A DNA stretch of 63,408 nucleotides, filler included, from Globobulimina sp. (lineage: Eukaryota), in the NCBI GenBank assembly GCA_003354225.1. It is 28 parts of 28 records of this genome, joined end to end, with 100 filler letters (N's around TTAATTAATTAA, not from the genome) between each part and the next. Parts side by side here need not be neighbours in the genome. Positions count along the whole stretch, not along the records: positions 1 to 2,170 come from PIVH01008454.1; positions 2,271 to 4,440 come from PIVH01008455.1; positions 4,541 to 6,710 come from PIVH01008456.1; positions 6,811 to 8,980 come from PIVH01008457.1; positions 9,081 to 11,250 come from PIVH01008458.1; 23 more parts are not named here. The stretch is one strand, 5' to 3'. The notes beneath the pieces were generated by a model, which worked only from the letters and a program-made list of their open reading frames with translations, was not told the origin of the DNA and did no database searches. Shown in pieces: positions 1 to 11,130 of this stretch. How positions within the stretch are numbered: the first letter of the stretch is position 1; the number at the start of each line of letters is the position of its first letter. The position numbers and the translations under genes are program-made.

Positions 1-855
1 CCCTGCTATCACCTCTGGCGCAAACGGAAAGTCGGTACCAAAAAGAATGTGAGATCCGTCCGCCAACTCCTGCAGCGAGCCCAGCGCATGCAAATTTGCC
101 GAAAGGCCCGTATCATAGTAAAAGCGCTTTAAATAATGCATCGCTCCTTTGGGGGCATTTTTCTCCGCATCCGGCAAAACAAAATCCCCAAGTGCCATTC
201 GCCAGGCAATGTAAGGGACTGTACCGCCGGCATGGGCAAAAATCCAGCGGATATTCGGGTAACGTTCTAATACACCCTTATATATCAGATTAAAAATAGC
301 CCGTGTGGTCTCAAACGTTACTTCAATAAGAAAGGTCGGGACCTCTTTTCCCAGAGGATTGGTGAATGGGGGATCTGTCGGGTGAACAAATACCACTGCC
401 TTTCGGCGGTCAAGTTCTGCGTAAACCGCTTCAAATTTTTCATCCCCCGGATACCGGCCTGAAATATTTGAAAGGAGGACAACACCGTCAAGTTTTAAGG
501 TGTCACAGGCATACGCCAGTTCGTGCAGAGACGCATCAATGTCCGGCAAAGGGAGTGTGGCAAACGCACCGATACGATCCGGACAATCGCTGATTAAGCG
601 GGCGGAAATCTCATTGCACGCTCTTGCCAGATTTTTTGCAAAGACCGTATCGTCAAAATAGACACCCGGGCTGGAAATACTCGTTATTGCCGCCTGTATA
701 TGATTTCGGTCCATCATCTCAATCATGGACGCAAAAGACCACTCAGGAAACGAACGCCCCAGGCACCATGCCCTGTCGATTTTTTCAAGTGCTTCTATAT
801 ACTCCGAAGGAACAATGTGCTTATGCACATCAACACGAAACGTTTTTTCTATCAT
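1..855 (-). CDS. Amidohydrolase_2 family metal-dependent hydrolase/decarboxylase (ACMSD / 6-methylsalicylate decarboxylase-like), 3'-truncated, bacterial
   Basis: Manual translation from ATG at 855 is open to the window start: MIEKTFRVDVHKH...SISSPGV...GAFATLPLPD...VFVHP...FAHAGGTVPY...FYYDTG...HILFGTDFPFAP. These are the family motifs. It is absent from the ORF track because no stop codon lies in the window. Confidence 0.9.
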   Translation of the reverse strand, partial: MIEKTFRVDVHKHIVPSEYIEALEKIDRAWCLGRSFPEWSFASMIEMMDRNHIQAAITSISSPGVYFDDTVFAKNLARACNEISARLISDCPDRIGAFATLPLPDIDASLHELAYACDTLKLDGVVLLSNISGRYPGDEKFEAVYAELDRRKAVVFVHPTDPPFTNPLGKEVPTFLIEVTFETTRAIFNLIYKGVLERYPNIRWIFAHAGGTVPYIAWRMALGDFVLPDAEKNAPKGAMHYLKRFYYDTGLSANLHALGSLQELADGSHILFGTDFPFAPEVIAG

Positions 856-1258
856 TTTTCAATTTTTCTCTTTGTAATTATCATTTTTCAATTTGGTTTA
901 CCTTCATAAAAAAACAATTTATACGAACCATCTTCCTGATTAACATCTAATAGCTTATATATCAAGGATTCCGCGTGGTGACCGGGAAAAGACGGGATAT
1001 TAACAGATTAGAGGATTTTTTCGACAAAAAATATCCGTCCCTGGATTGATTAAGAAAGTCTTCCTGATTATTTATATTTTCGGATCTGATCAGTACATAC
1101 GACCAACCTGTACTATATTAAAGTAACCACCACCTGAATCTTCCATTGTATCAAGTGAGATTATAATGATTTATATGCAATCGGGCTGGTTTCTATTTTT
1201 GGCATGATATGACATATGTGATAACAATTTGTCAAAAAAATAAAAAACTGGTTTGAAA

Positions 1259-1886
1259 ATGAAATACAATCCTAAAATACATCATCGACGCTCAATTCGT
1301 TTAAAAAATTATGATTATTCTCGAAGCGGCTTTTATTTTGCCACCATTTGTACGAATAACCGGTTGTGTCTGTTCGGAAAAATTGAACATGGAAAAATGA
1401 CTTTGAATGATTCGGGGAAAAATGATTGAACAACAATGGCTGGCTGTTGCCGATCGCTTCAAAGAAATCAGGTTACATGAATACATCGTCATGCCCAACC
1501 ATTTTCACGGAATAATTGAAATTATCATTGTGGACACCCAAAATGCCGACAAATCCGTAGGGGTGCCCCTTGTGGGTACCCTAAATGACGGTCAACCACA
1601 AGGGATTGCAGAAAAAGGGCAACCACAAGGGATTGCCCCTACGGTTGGTGATGTGGCGGGCGCATATAAATCATTGTCGACCAATGAATACATTCGGAAT
1701 GTCAAACAAAACAATTGGCATCCGTTTGATAAAAAATTGTGGCAACGCAACTATTACAAACATATTATCCGCGATGAAAAATCATATCACAAATTGTCAG
1801 ACTACATTGTCAATAATCCACTGCGTTGGCAAGAGGATAAATATTATGAACAAAATTCCACAACCATCTGCGGGAATCCCGATTAA
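1259..1886 (+). mobile_element. REP-associated tyrosine transposase (RAYT, Y1 HUH family), split by a +1 frameshift at ~1414-1422
   Basis: ATG 1259 gives MKYNPKIHHRRSIRLKNYDYSRSGFYFATICT...LNDSGK, then a stop. The +1 frame continues MIEQQW...MPNHFHGII (HUH)...LWQRNYYKHIIR...YIVNNP. Confidence 0.9.
1555..1644. repeat. GTAG-type REP doublet (REPIN-like inverted pair) inside the RAYT CDS
   Basis: GTAGGGGTGCCCCTTGTGGGTACCC (from 1557) faces GGGCAACCACAAGGGATTGCCCCTAC (1617-1642). There is an extra partial copy at ~1590-1609 and a degenerate piece at ~1528-1544. Confidence 0.8.
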
Positions 1887-2170
1887 TGAGATCCATATAC
1901 TATGTTATTAGTTACGACTATTAATTCCTCGGATAAGTTGCTTTTTGCAGCACATATGTCAGGTTTTAATAGTCCTTCATAACCTTTGCCGGATTTGCAA
2001 AATCCGCCATATTTGTTTTTTTGATAGAATCTGCCTTTAATAATCACCTGACTTTGTTGATAGATTTAAGCTTTTTCTCCGAACAGGATGAAAATTATCT
2101 GAGACCTCAGCACATCGTGTATCTGCCGTAAAATAAATTCTCTGCACATCAAAAAAAAATTCCGCCAGAA

Positions 2171-2270
2171 NNNNNNNNNNNNNNNNNNNNNNNNNNNNNN
2201 NNNNNNNNNNNNNNTTAATTAATTAANNNNNNNNNNNNNNNNNNNNNNNNNNNNNNNNNNNNNNNNNNNN
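2171..2270. other. Artificial contig linker N44-TTAATTAATTAA-N44 (first of 27)
   Basis: The same 100-bp unit, with stops in all six frames, also starts at 4441, 6711, 8981, 11251, 13520, 15789, 18058, 20326, 22594, 24862, 27130, 29398, 31666, 33934, 36202, 38470, 40738, 43006, 45273, 47540, 49807, 52074, 54341, 56608, 58875 and 61142. Confidence 0.99.
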
Positions 2271-2702
2271 GGAGTTGCTCTCGTATCAGTTGCTTATTAT
2301 TATCTTATGCATGGCAATGGCGATGAAGCAACAGGCAGCGATTTTAATTATAATGAGCTTAAAATGGATCTGGAACATCAACGAAAATATTTATCATTCA
2401 AAGGGAGGATAGATTGGAACAAAAGAATCAGTGAAACACAGTATCCTATAAATGAGATTGAGCGTATTTTATGTGAATGGAAAAATGAGAATCAGACGAA
2501 ATGGAGATATGATGTGACGCATTATGATGCAAATAAATCGAAGGGTAGTTATAGTGAGTTGCTACTATATGTGGAGACTGATACGAGCTATGATTTACTT
2601 TGTCAACATTTGGCAAAAAATAAAAATGAAATAATAATAGGACATGATGTTGTGTTACTTGTAGCTGATTTTGATCCATTTAAAGTGAAAAATGCAAATT
2701 AA
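2271..2702 (+). CDS. Hypothetical protein, 3' part
   Basis: Open frame from the contig edge to TAA at 2702, convergent with the next gene. No motif recognised. Confidence 0.5.
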   Translation, partial: GVALVSVAYYYLMHGNGDEATGSDFNYNELKMDLEHQRKYLSFKGRIDWNKRISETQYPINEIERILCEWKNENQTKWRYDVTHYDANKSKGSYSELLLYVETDTSYDLLCQHLAKNKNEIIIGHDVVLLVADFDPFKVKNAN

Positions 2703-2717
2703 TAATGTTTAAGAAAA

Positions 2718-4362
2718 CTAAACTAACTCTTTAAATAATTTAACAACTTCATTACAAAATTGTTTATCATCATTCATTTGTAACAAAACTTTCCATTGAA
2801 ATGCAAACCCGCCACATTCATTTGGTTCGTCATTAATTAACAAAGCACGCACTCCATTTGCAATTGATTTAGTTTCTTCGTCTTCTGTTGATTTATTTTC
2901 ATTTTCATCTATTTGTGGCTTGAAATCTGTCGAATCTTTCATTAATAAATTATTTGTATCAAACTTATTCATCCAACTAACATCAATCCAATCCTTCAAT
3001 GTCGAAACCCAGGCACCTTTAAAAGAAATGCCATGTTTACAACCAATGGCTTTACCATTACCAATATTCAATAACCGTAAAAAATCAGTTTGTGGAATAT
3101 ATGCTTGGAATGGTTTATGTTTCATATTTATGATAGAATGCAAATACTGTTTTAAATTATATGTCAAAACCGGTCCCTCTCTCACCGCATAAACACCAGC
3201 TTTGGGTGGCACATTTGCATCATTTCCATAATCAATTATATTTACACAGTCTCCCGCACCAAATATATTTGCATGCGATATGCTTTGCAAATATTTATTT
3301 ACTTTGATCCAACCATATTCATCTCTCGCTATTGAATGTGTTTTTAATTCGTGTGCTGCGGCGCCTGTGCTCCATATACAAATATCATATTTCATTGTAT
3401 GTTCTTTCTTATTTTGTGATAAATACACATTGTTTTTATCTATCTAAATTATTCATTATTGTACGTACTAAAAAAGCAAAAACATTTACAATTAAATACA
3501 TACAGTACCTTCGTAACACGATGCTTTGTAATGATGTCAATATTTGTTGATTTTAATGCTTCCAACACTGACAATTGCAATGCTTTTGGGTCGAGACACA
3601 ATATTTGTTCCGCGCTGGTAATGATTGTTGATTTAATATTAATGTGTTTAATATTTAATTTATTATTGATTATAAATTGTTTAATATTCGTATTTAAACG
3701 ATGCGTTAAACACATTGTTAACTCACATCCTGCACAGCCACCACCAACGCATACAATATTTAAACATATCTCACGTTGTTCTTTATTATCGTTTTCCGTG
3801 CATTGTCTTTTCAGTTTATTCAATAAAACAGTTTCTGACTCATTCACTTTATCCATTAATAATTTTAATGGCTGTGTATATTGTTATTTTTTTGCGAAGG
3901 GTACAGGTATATTTTACAAAAGAAATTGAAAACAAATCTCCATACTCTGGTTGATATTGCATATTGTTTAACTCCTTCGCATTTATGTAAACCTACATTT
4001 GTAGAGCCAATATCTATGGATAATATGTCGTATTTTATTCTGGTCCCATCCATTGCAATTAATATGTTTTCTTTGTCATTTATTTCAATGATCGTTTTGC
4101 AAATAAATGTCCATCCTAATTTTTTGCAACATTCTAGTAAATCGACACTGAATTGTAATTCCTGATATTGCTGAGCCACACCGCCTGGACACATACCACT
4201 GTAAAGCGATGTATTATAATCTGAAACTAAAATTAATTCCACTATGTCTGCTACATTTGCTTTATGAATATGTTTAATGATTTGAGTGTTGGTGTGTCCG
4301 CCTCCCAATAATACAAATCGAATTTTGTTTATCTTTTCAGCAGTTTCATGTTGCAACGACAT
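2718..4362 (-). CDS. FAD-dependent pyridine nucleotide-disulfide oxidoreductase resembling the N-terminal domain of SelD-fusion proteins; 3 exons
   Basis: Motifs VLLGGGHTN, YSGMCPG, YDILSIDIGS, VGGGCAGCE, IFGAGDC, PKAGVYAVREGP and LKDWIDVSWM. GT-AG introns at 3872-3945 and 3444-3508 join the three listed ORFs in frame (ISTR|PLK and VTK|IDK). Confidence 0.85.
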
Positions 4363-4540
4363 TGTCAGCAAGATGTTTTTCAATAAAACTTGTCACACTC
4401 TGCCAACTACTCAATCATCCTTAAAAACTCTCATAAAATANNNNNNNNNNNNNNNNNNNNNNNNNNNNNNNNNNNNNNNNNNNNTTAATTAATTAANNNN
4501 NNNNNNNNNNNNNNNNNNNNNNNNNNNNNNNNNNNNNNNN

Positions 4541-6345
4541 GATTTAATATCAATATCACTGTTCATGCCATCAACTGCAATTCTGATAATTTTAAATTTC
4601 GTATATTTGCGTGTTTGTAAATGCCTGAATATATTCTCCAAGATATATATTTTCAATTTGATTCTCCATCGGAAATATATATATTCAACATTTGGAAATA
4701 ATACATTCATTAACTCCAAATTGATCCATTCATAATCGTTCTGATAAAATAACTTGTTAACCCAATCCATTTTATTTTTAATTATATCTAAATCCAACCA
4801 TAATTCCTTCTGATTTTCAAAATATTGATTTATTAATTTATGAGCATACTGATCCAGTGCCTCAAATGTCGAATACTTTAATTTTAATCCATTGTCATTC
4901 AATTGTTGGCAAAGACATTTATACGCAATTTTATTATCTGCATCGCACAATGTGTGTTGCAACAATTTATTTCCTGCAAATATATAATTAAATAAATGTA
5001 ACGATTTAATAATGGTTTGATATCCTGTTCCTTCAGAAACACTTACAATGTCTTTAAATAATAACGGCGCCTCACAAGCAATGAACAAACATTCTTGTTC
5101 GTTGGCATAACATGACAGCCAATGCATTGCGAAATATTTAGCAGAGGAATAGATAGAATTCGTGTCGCATAATTCGACGATTAAACCTTTTTTATTTGCA
5201 AAACATGCAGCAACGGAATAATTAGTTGACGTCGACAGTGGACCTGAAAAATATGCAAACGAAGCGGATAAAAAGACAGTTTCTTCAGAGACGCCGTGAT
5301 AAAATACTTGGTTGACATCATTTATTCTGTTACCAAAATAATGCACTGCTTCAACAATATACTTACCCAAATGATAAAACTTACTGTGTCTTTTAGCTAA
5401 TTGCTGGTTACTTTCTTTTGTAGATTGCCGTCTGTACGTTTTACTGAACTCATATTGCAATTTGTCATAATTACAATAGAACATAAGTGCCAATAAATGA
5501 TTAATTTCCAATTCATGTTTAATATCTCCATCTAATGTCTCGTTATATAATCTGTTGCATTTTGAAACAAATGCTTTACAGTAAAATGAATTAAAATGCA
5601 ATTCTGCTTTTTTGTATTGATGGGTCCATTGATTTACACTAATATCTGCCAGTTTGCTTAGAGCGATGATTTCGTGTTTGAAAGTACTGTGTTTCATTGG
5701 TACGTATCTTATGTAATTATGTTTGCCTTTGTTTGCATTATAATCGCCATTCAAATCATATTCGAAACGAACGCCATAGGAATACATTAAAGTTCCTTCG
5801 TCGTTTTTAAGTTTGTGTTTCTCGGTCGTTTTAACGGATATTTTATCTGTGAACTTGCTATTATTTGTCGAGTCTGTTTCAGCATTCACTATTTCCTGAT
5901 ATACCTCATGCGGTTTGCATGTTTGTTCTGTTGTTAATGATCTGAATCTAAAGCCAATATCAAAAGTATGGTTGAAATAACAATGAATTGTATCTAATAT
6001 TTGCATGCAAGTCATTTGATGCGTGTTATCTTCCAAATCCATATCCATTTTGTCATCAGATTCAAAGTAGAATGTATTATTTGGATTCCTTCTCTGTCCA
6101 TAATGTCGATTAAAAATATAACAGAGTCTTATATCACAATATCCAAATGAATCAGCAATAAATTCAAACTCTGGTAATGTGTTATGTTTATGTAATAAAT
6201 GTAAAAAATCATCTAATATTAACTGTATATCCACACAATTAATATCAAAATAATATTCAACGTAATTGACCATGACCCTCTTTAACCGCTGCACTGATTT
6301 GCATTGCTCCGCCAATCCATGGCCACAACATTCATGATAAACCAT
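4541..6345 (-). CDS. Family X protein: His/Cys-rich N-module plus ADP-ribosyltransferase-like core, 3'-truncated
   Basis: Long ORF with FYHG...GPLSTS...LSCYANEQECLF. Paralogous to 22874-24861 and 43176-44834. Confidence 0.75.
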
Positions 6346-6598
6346 CGGGACATCATTGCAGCACTATTTTTTATTGTACTTGTCACACAACAATAATTTA
6401 AGGGAAAATAATATAACATAACATGTTCAAATTGATGCAGTACTGTATTAGCGTGTTCCCAACTGTGTGGTCTGTTGATAGAACGCATTGTTTCTCAAAG
6501 AAATGTAAATTAATGAAAAAAGTTTTGTGTAGTTTAGTAAAAGTACAGCTTTGTTTTGTTCCTTCAATTCTTCACCTTGTTCAATCCAATTAAGTGTA

Positions 6599-6710
6599 AT
6601 GTCTCGACAACACAGTAGGTGCAGACAGAATGATTCATTGAATAATGAGTCATCACAAGAAGAATTAGAGAAATTATTTAGTGCCATTATGCAATGGCGA
6701 GATACATATG
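6599..6710 (+). CDS. 5' end of a hypothetical gene
   Basis: ATG 6599, MSRQHSRCRQNDSLNNESSQEELEKLF..., open to the contig edge. Confidence 0.35.
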
Positions 6711-6825
6711 NNNNNNNNNNNNNNNNNNNNNNNNNNNNNNNNNNNNNNNNNNNNTTAATTAATTAANNNNNNNNNNNNNNNNNNNNNNNNNNNNNNNNNN
6801 NNNNNNNNNNCGACCACGTCAATCA

Positions 6826-8187
6826 TTAATTTAGCAAATATTGCTGAATTTTATAGTTTTTGGCGGCCACATACATTTTATTATTATTGGTAATAACAAA
6901 ATCATTTACTCCAAATTGGTCATTACCTGTCCACTCATTCACTGTACGCACATTATTCATATTAATATCTTTATTTATATCAAATCTCCATTTCCAAATA
7001 CTTCCATAAGAATTACATAATATCAATGCATCATCATTCTCACTATCATAACATTTAATTATTTTCTTAACACATTTTTCATCTCTTTGTATCCTGCCAA
7101 TACAATTAATTTTATTTGCATTCGACTGCAATTTCCGAACATCATACATATAACAAACACCATTATCACTTCCAACAACTATACAATTATTGTTATTTAA
7201 AACACAAAAACATTCAATACTGTCACTATCACCGTCGCACGCCTTCACATTTACAATTTCTTTCCCATTTTTCAGGTCATAAAATCTTAAATAACCATCA
7301 CTGCAAACAGTAGTTAACAAGTTCTCGCTATCCATGACAGCTCCAGACGATATCTGATTAATTGTGGATAAGCCCAATGTACCAAACTGTAAAACTTTTT
7401 TCTGTGTGGAACAATCCCATAAAAGTACAGTGTTATCTGCTGAGCCTGATAATATTTCCGATCCTTTGCCAATAAAATCCACGCAGCTGATATCTCCTTT
7501 ATGTCCTTCAAAAGTCACAGCAGGTTTCCCTTTGGGATCGGCAATGGCATAAATATTTAAAATACCATTTGTATCGCCTGATAATATTAAATCGCCAAAC
7601 GGGAAAAATTTACATTGTGTTATATGAGTATTAGCATTATGTTGATTGTCTGCAGTACAAATCATTTTGAGTTTTGCTGATTCGACATCATAAATATTAA
7701 TTGTGCCATCTTGTAGTCCTGAACAGATATACCACCTCTTAAAGTATGATGATTTGGCAATGTCTAAACAATTTATGGACACTTTCGTGGTGTTAATATC
7801 TGTTATTTCATTGTAAGATGGAATTATAAGACAGTTATTTAAGTTATGTTGAGAGCAGCTTATTTTTGCGTAATATTTTTTATTGTCATCATTGAAAGGT
7901 TGAATGTTTAAATTCCAATCTAAATCATCATTTTCTTTGTTATCAGTATCATTGTTTGTTTTTTTGATTGCCAATTTTGGAATCAATTGATTCTTTTTGT
8001 TAATGTTAATATTAACCATTGCATCCATATAACAACGTTCATTTTGGTTTTTATGGTGTTGAATTAATGCGACCCAAAATTCATTTTCAGTCTTGCCATT
8101 AATTGTTAATGCGCATTCCCAATCATTTTGAATCGCACAAAATGACGGATAATAAATAGTTTCACTCTTTGTTTCTTCTGCCATCAT
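6826..8187 (-). CDS. PAAF1: WD40 protein, proteasomal ATPase-associated factor 1 / Rpn14-like
   Basis: CKFFPFGDLILSG...TFEGHKGDISCVDFIGKGSEILSGSADNTVLLWDC matches the PAAF1/Rpn14 core repeats. Confidence 0.75.
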   Translation of the reverse strand: MMAEETKSETIYYPSFCAIQNDWECALTINGKTENEFWVALIQHHKNQNERCYMDAMVNININKKNQLIPKLAIKKTNNDTDNKENDDLDWNLNIQPFNDDNKKYYAKISCSQHNLNNCLIIPSYNEITDINTTKVSINCLDIAKSSYFKRWYICSGLQDGTINIYDVESAKLKMICTADNQHNANTHITQCKFFPFGDLILSGDTNGILNIYAIADPKGKPAVTFEGHKGDISCVDFIGKGSEILSGSADNTVLLWDCSTQKKVLQFGTLGLSTINQISSGAVMDSENLLTTVCSDGYLRFYDLKNGKEIVNVKACDGDSDSIECFCVLNNNNCIVVGSDNGVCYMYDVRKLQSNANKINCIGRIQRDEKCVKKIIKCYDSENDDALILCNSYGSIWKWRFDINKDINMNNVRTVNEWTGNDQFGVNDFVITNNNKMYVAAKNYKIQQYLLN

Positions 8188-8309
8188 CCAAATTAAACGC
8201 CGTATTTTGGAGGAGTAAGATATTTATCGCTTGGCAAATATTTTCAAATTAAAAAATCTTTTACTTATAAATTTCTGTTAAAACTAAAATTATAAATACT
8301 TTACACTGA

Positions 8310-8941
8310 TCAATATTTCTTTGTAGTTCCTCTTAAATCAGGATACGAAGGCGATATATAATCATTGCTTGGATCAATAATAATATACTCCTGTGGCTGA
8401 ATAGGTCTTTCCTCCAAAAATGCTTCCAATATACTTTTAGTGCCAGCACCATATCTCGCTTGGGCATCCAACGTAGTGCCACTGACATGCGGCGTCATTC
8501 CATGTCTCGGCATCAATCGCCATGGATGAGTCCTTGGCGCCGGCTGTGGGAACCACACATCACCGGCATAGCCACCAATATGTCCACTGTCCACCGCTTC
8601 CGCCAAAGCATTTTCGTCCACAAGTTTGCCTCTCGCCGTATTCACAATAAACGCACCGGGTTTGCATTTCTCTAAAAATTTCCTATCGACCATATATTCC
8701 GTGCCTCCGTGCAACGGGCAATTCAATGTAATAACATCCAAATTCGGTATCATTTCCTCCACAGAGTCGTAATATTTGCATCCCAATTCCTTCTCTTGCT
8801 GTGTACTCAATCTATGAATGTCATAATAACTCAATTCCACATCGAATGGCTTCAACCGCTGCATCACGCGATAACCAATACGGCCCGCTGCGATTGTACC
8901 CACTGCTTTGCCTTCGAGGTCCCATGACCGATCGGCAATTG
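8310..8941 (-). CDS. fdh: NAD-dependent formate dehydrogenase, last exon
   Basis: DLEGKAVGTIAAGRIG, NTARG, YAGDVWFPQPAP and HPWR..P.HGMTPHVSGTTLDAQARY. A splice acceptor (ttctag) lies at 8942-8943. Confidence 0.93.
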
Positions 8942-9080
8942 CTAGAAATTTCATATTGTATTAGATTATATGCATAAATANNNNNNNNNNNNNNNNNNNN
9001 NNNNNNNNNNNNNNNNNNNNNNNNTTAATTAATTAANNNNNNNNNNNNNNNNNNNNNNNNNNNNNNNNNNNNNNNNNNNN

Positions 9081-9990
9081 GGATATGGTTGTGGGCAATT
9101 CCTTGATGATCATCTTTGGATATTTGTATTGCATCTTTACAGAGGACACAATTTTAGTCAATGTCGATGCAGATATCTCAATTTGAGCTGAAGTTATATC
9201 CAAACCAACTTCTGTTATTTTGATCTGCGGTGCTTGCAACTGTTTGGATTTCAAATGTCCACTTTGACGCTGTCCAGGCATAGGACCCTGACCACGACCA
9301 CCACGTCGAGAGGAATATCTATTATACGCAGAAGTTGCCGATGAAGAATCAATAAATCCATTCACAACGTACACACGCTGCGGGAATTCGTTATAACGCA
9401 CAATATCATTGACAATCAAACATTTAATGCCATGATATCGAAAGGGACAATCAAAAAATGAATGTCTGCCAAAACATTCCCGACAACGATGTTTCAACTG
9501 ACAAATCCCATTGAACATATTTGGATTTATGCGCACATTGTTGCTGATATTATCATCCATTAAATGCAAATGATTATCATTCTTGCCATACTTTGCAGGA
9601 CATCCACTCGGTGTATTATACAGCACACAAATCTCTGTAATCGACACCGTTTCGTCCTTTTCTACCGATTTAGCCATAAACGACGTCGGTATGGTCATAG
9701 ACGGCGGAGGGGTTATACTGTCCCTTTTCTTTGACACTGCAATATGCGGAATATGCGGAATATGACCATGTTGTTTCTTATGTTGTGTGCGAGTGTTGCC
9801 ATGATTAAAAGTGCCATTTTCTTCATCTTTTAGGCGTAAATGTTCATATTGTCCAATGGGATTTAAATTTTGTAAATCTCGGATCTTTGTATGTGCTAAG
9901 TTCAAAGATTTACGTTTATTCATTTCAACTTCGCGATGAAACTTCCATTGGCATTGAAACGAATGTCGCATCGGATGGTGGCCGCGGCAA
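9081..9990 (-). CDS. Hypothetical protein with Cys/His (zinc-finger-like) clusters, internal fragment
   Basis: Open ~300 aa frame with CQLKHRCRECFGRHSFFDCPF and an upstream CRGHHPMRHSFQC. It breaks at the apparent junction near 9990. Confidence 0.55.
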
Positions 9991-10262
9991 AATAAACAAA
10001 TATGGCGATCAAATTGGTGGCATTGCCTTAGAAGCCATTCGTAATGTAGATCCTAAGGATAATTTTTTGGAAGTTATAAGAGAGGAGGCAACTAAGTTAA
10101 ATGTACCATTAATTGTTGATGAAGTATCAAGTGGATTCAGGTTAAATACTGGTGGTGCTCATCTTGTTTTGGGACTAGAACCCGATGTTGCTGTATTTGC
10201 AAAAGGCATTAGTAATGGATATCCGATGGGAGTTATTATAGGGAAAGAAAAATTTATGGATC
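9990..10262 (+). other. Internal fragment of a class-III PLP aminotransferase (GSA-aminomutase-like, bacterial type)
   Basis: IALEAIRN...LIVDEVSSGFR...GAHLVLGLEPDVAVFAKGISNGYPMGVIIGK, including the PLP lysine. Both termini are missing. Confidence 0.8.
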
Positions 10263-10765
10263 AATGTATGAGACATTATTTGATTTTGGGCGTAATTATG
10301 TTTTTCATATTCATTGTGTTGCGGGCATTTGATGGGTTTGGTAATTTTGGAGAGCCGTGGCGAGGTCCAAATGCATCCTCGCCATGGTACGGGATTAATT
10401 TCTTTGTCGGTGCAAAATATCCACCATCGTTGACGTTTCTATTATTCTTTATTTCAATTCAAATGTTCATTGTATATGTTGTATATATTTATCATAAACA
10501 TTTTGGTGTAGGTAAATTATCAAAAATTATATTGGTGTATGGCAATACGGCATTGTTTTTTTATGTTTTGCATGTTCTATTATGTAAGATTGTTATCTAT
10601 AAAGTTTTAGAATTGGCAGAAGAATATAAAAGAAGCAGTTGGACAGTGGCTTTATTAGTGTTGCCAGCATGGTTTGGAGTATTATTAGTATGCTATCCGT
10701 GCTGTAAATGGTTTATGAGCTTCAAAAAGAGAAAAAGTGTTAAATCATTGTGGAAGCTATTTTGA
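10262..10765 (+). CDS. C-terminal part of a DUF1624 / HGSNAT-like membrane protein
   Basis: LRAFDGFGN...KYPPSLTFLL...VYGNTALFFYVLH...YPCCKWFMSFKKRK. Confidence 0.7.
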   Translation, partial: QCMRHYLILGVIMFFIFIVLRAFDGFGNFGEPWRGPNASSPWYGINFFVGAKYPPSLTFLLFFISIQMFIVYVVYIYHKHFGVGKLSKIILVYGNTALFFYVLHVLLCKIVIYKVLELAEEYKRSSWTVALLVLPAWFGVLLVCYPCCKWFMSFKKRKSVKSLWKLF

Positions 10766-11130
10766 TTCAATATTTTTATTTTTGCGGAATGTATATATAT
10801 ACAGTTAACAGTTATTTTTTTATAAATGTGCTATAGGTAAATTATAATTTGTATATGTAAATGTAAATGTCATTTGGAATGGAACACCACATACCGCCCT
10901 TAGTTCAATTATTTAACATATACTTTAGAATAGGACCTGTTTGAAACACCGCGTGTTTAAAATCATATGGAGATTTACTAGGACAATGTATACAATTTCA
11001 AAAGAAGAGTGTTTCAAACAGGTCCTATTCTAAAGTAAATCATAAATGCAAGATCATAAAAATGATAAATATTTGCATAATTTGTCGTAATAATCAGAAA
11101 AAGACGGCATCTCCAGTTTCGAGTGGAGTT

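Noticed and set aside
96-950. Four plus-strand ORFs
   Set aside because: They are shadows of the minus-strand amidohydrolase.
1921-2170. Possible gene end downstream of the RAYT
   Set aside because: Only short frames with no recognisable motif.
9887-10765. 292-aa ORF as a novel aminotransferase-membrane fusion
   Set aside because: It is built from the antisense of another gene plus two incomplete domains; a chimera is more parsimonious.
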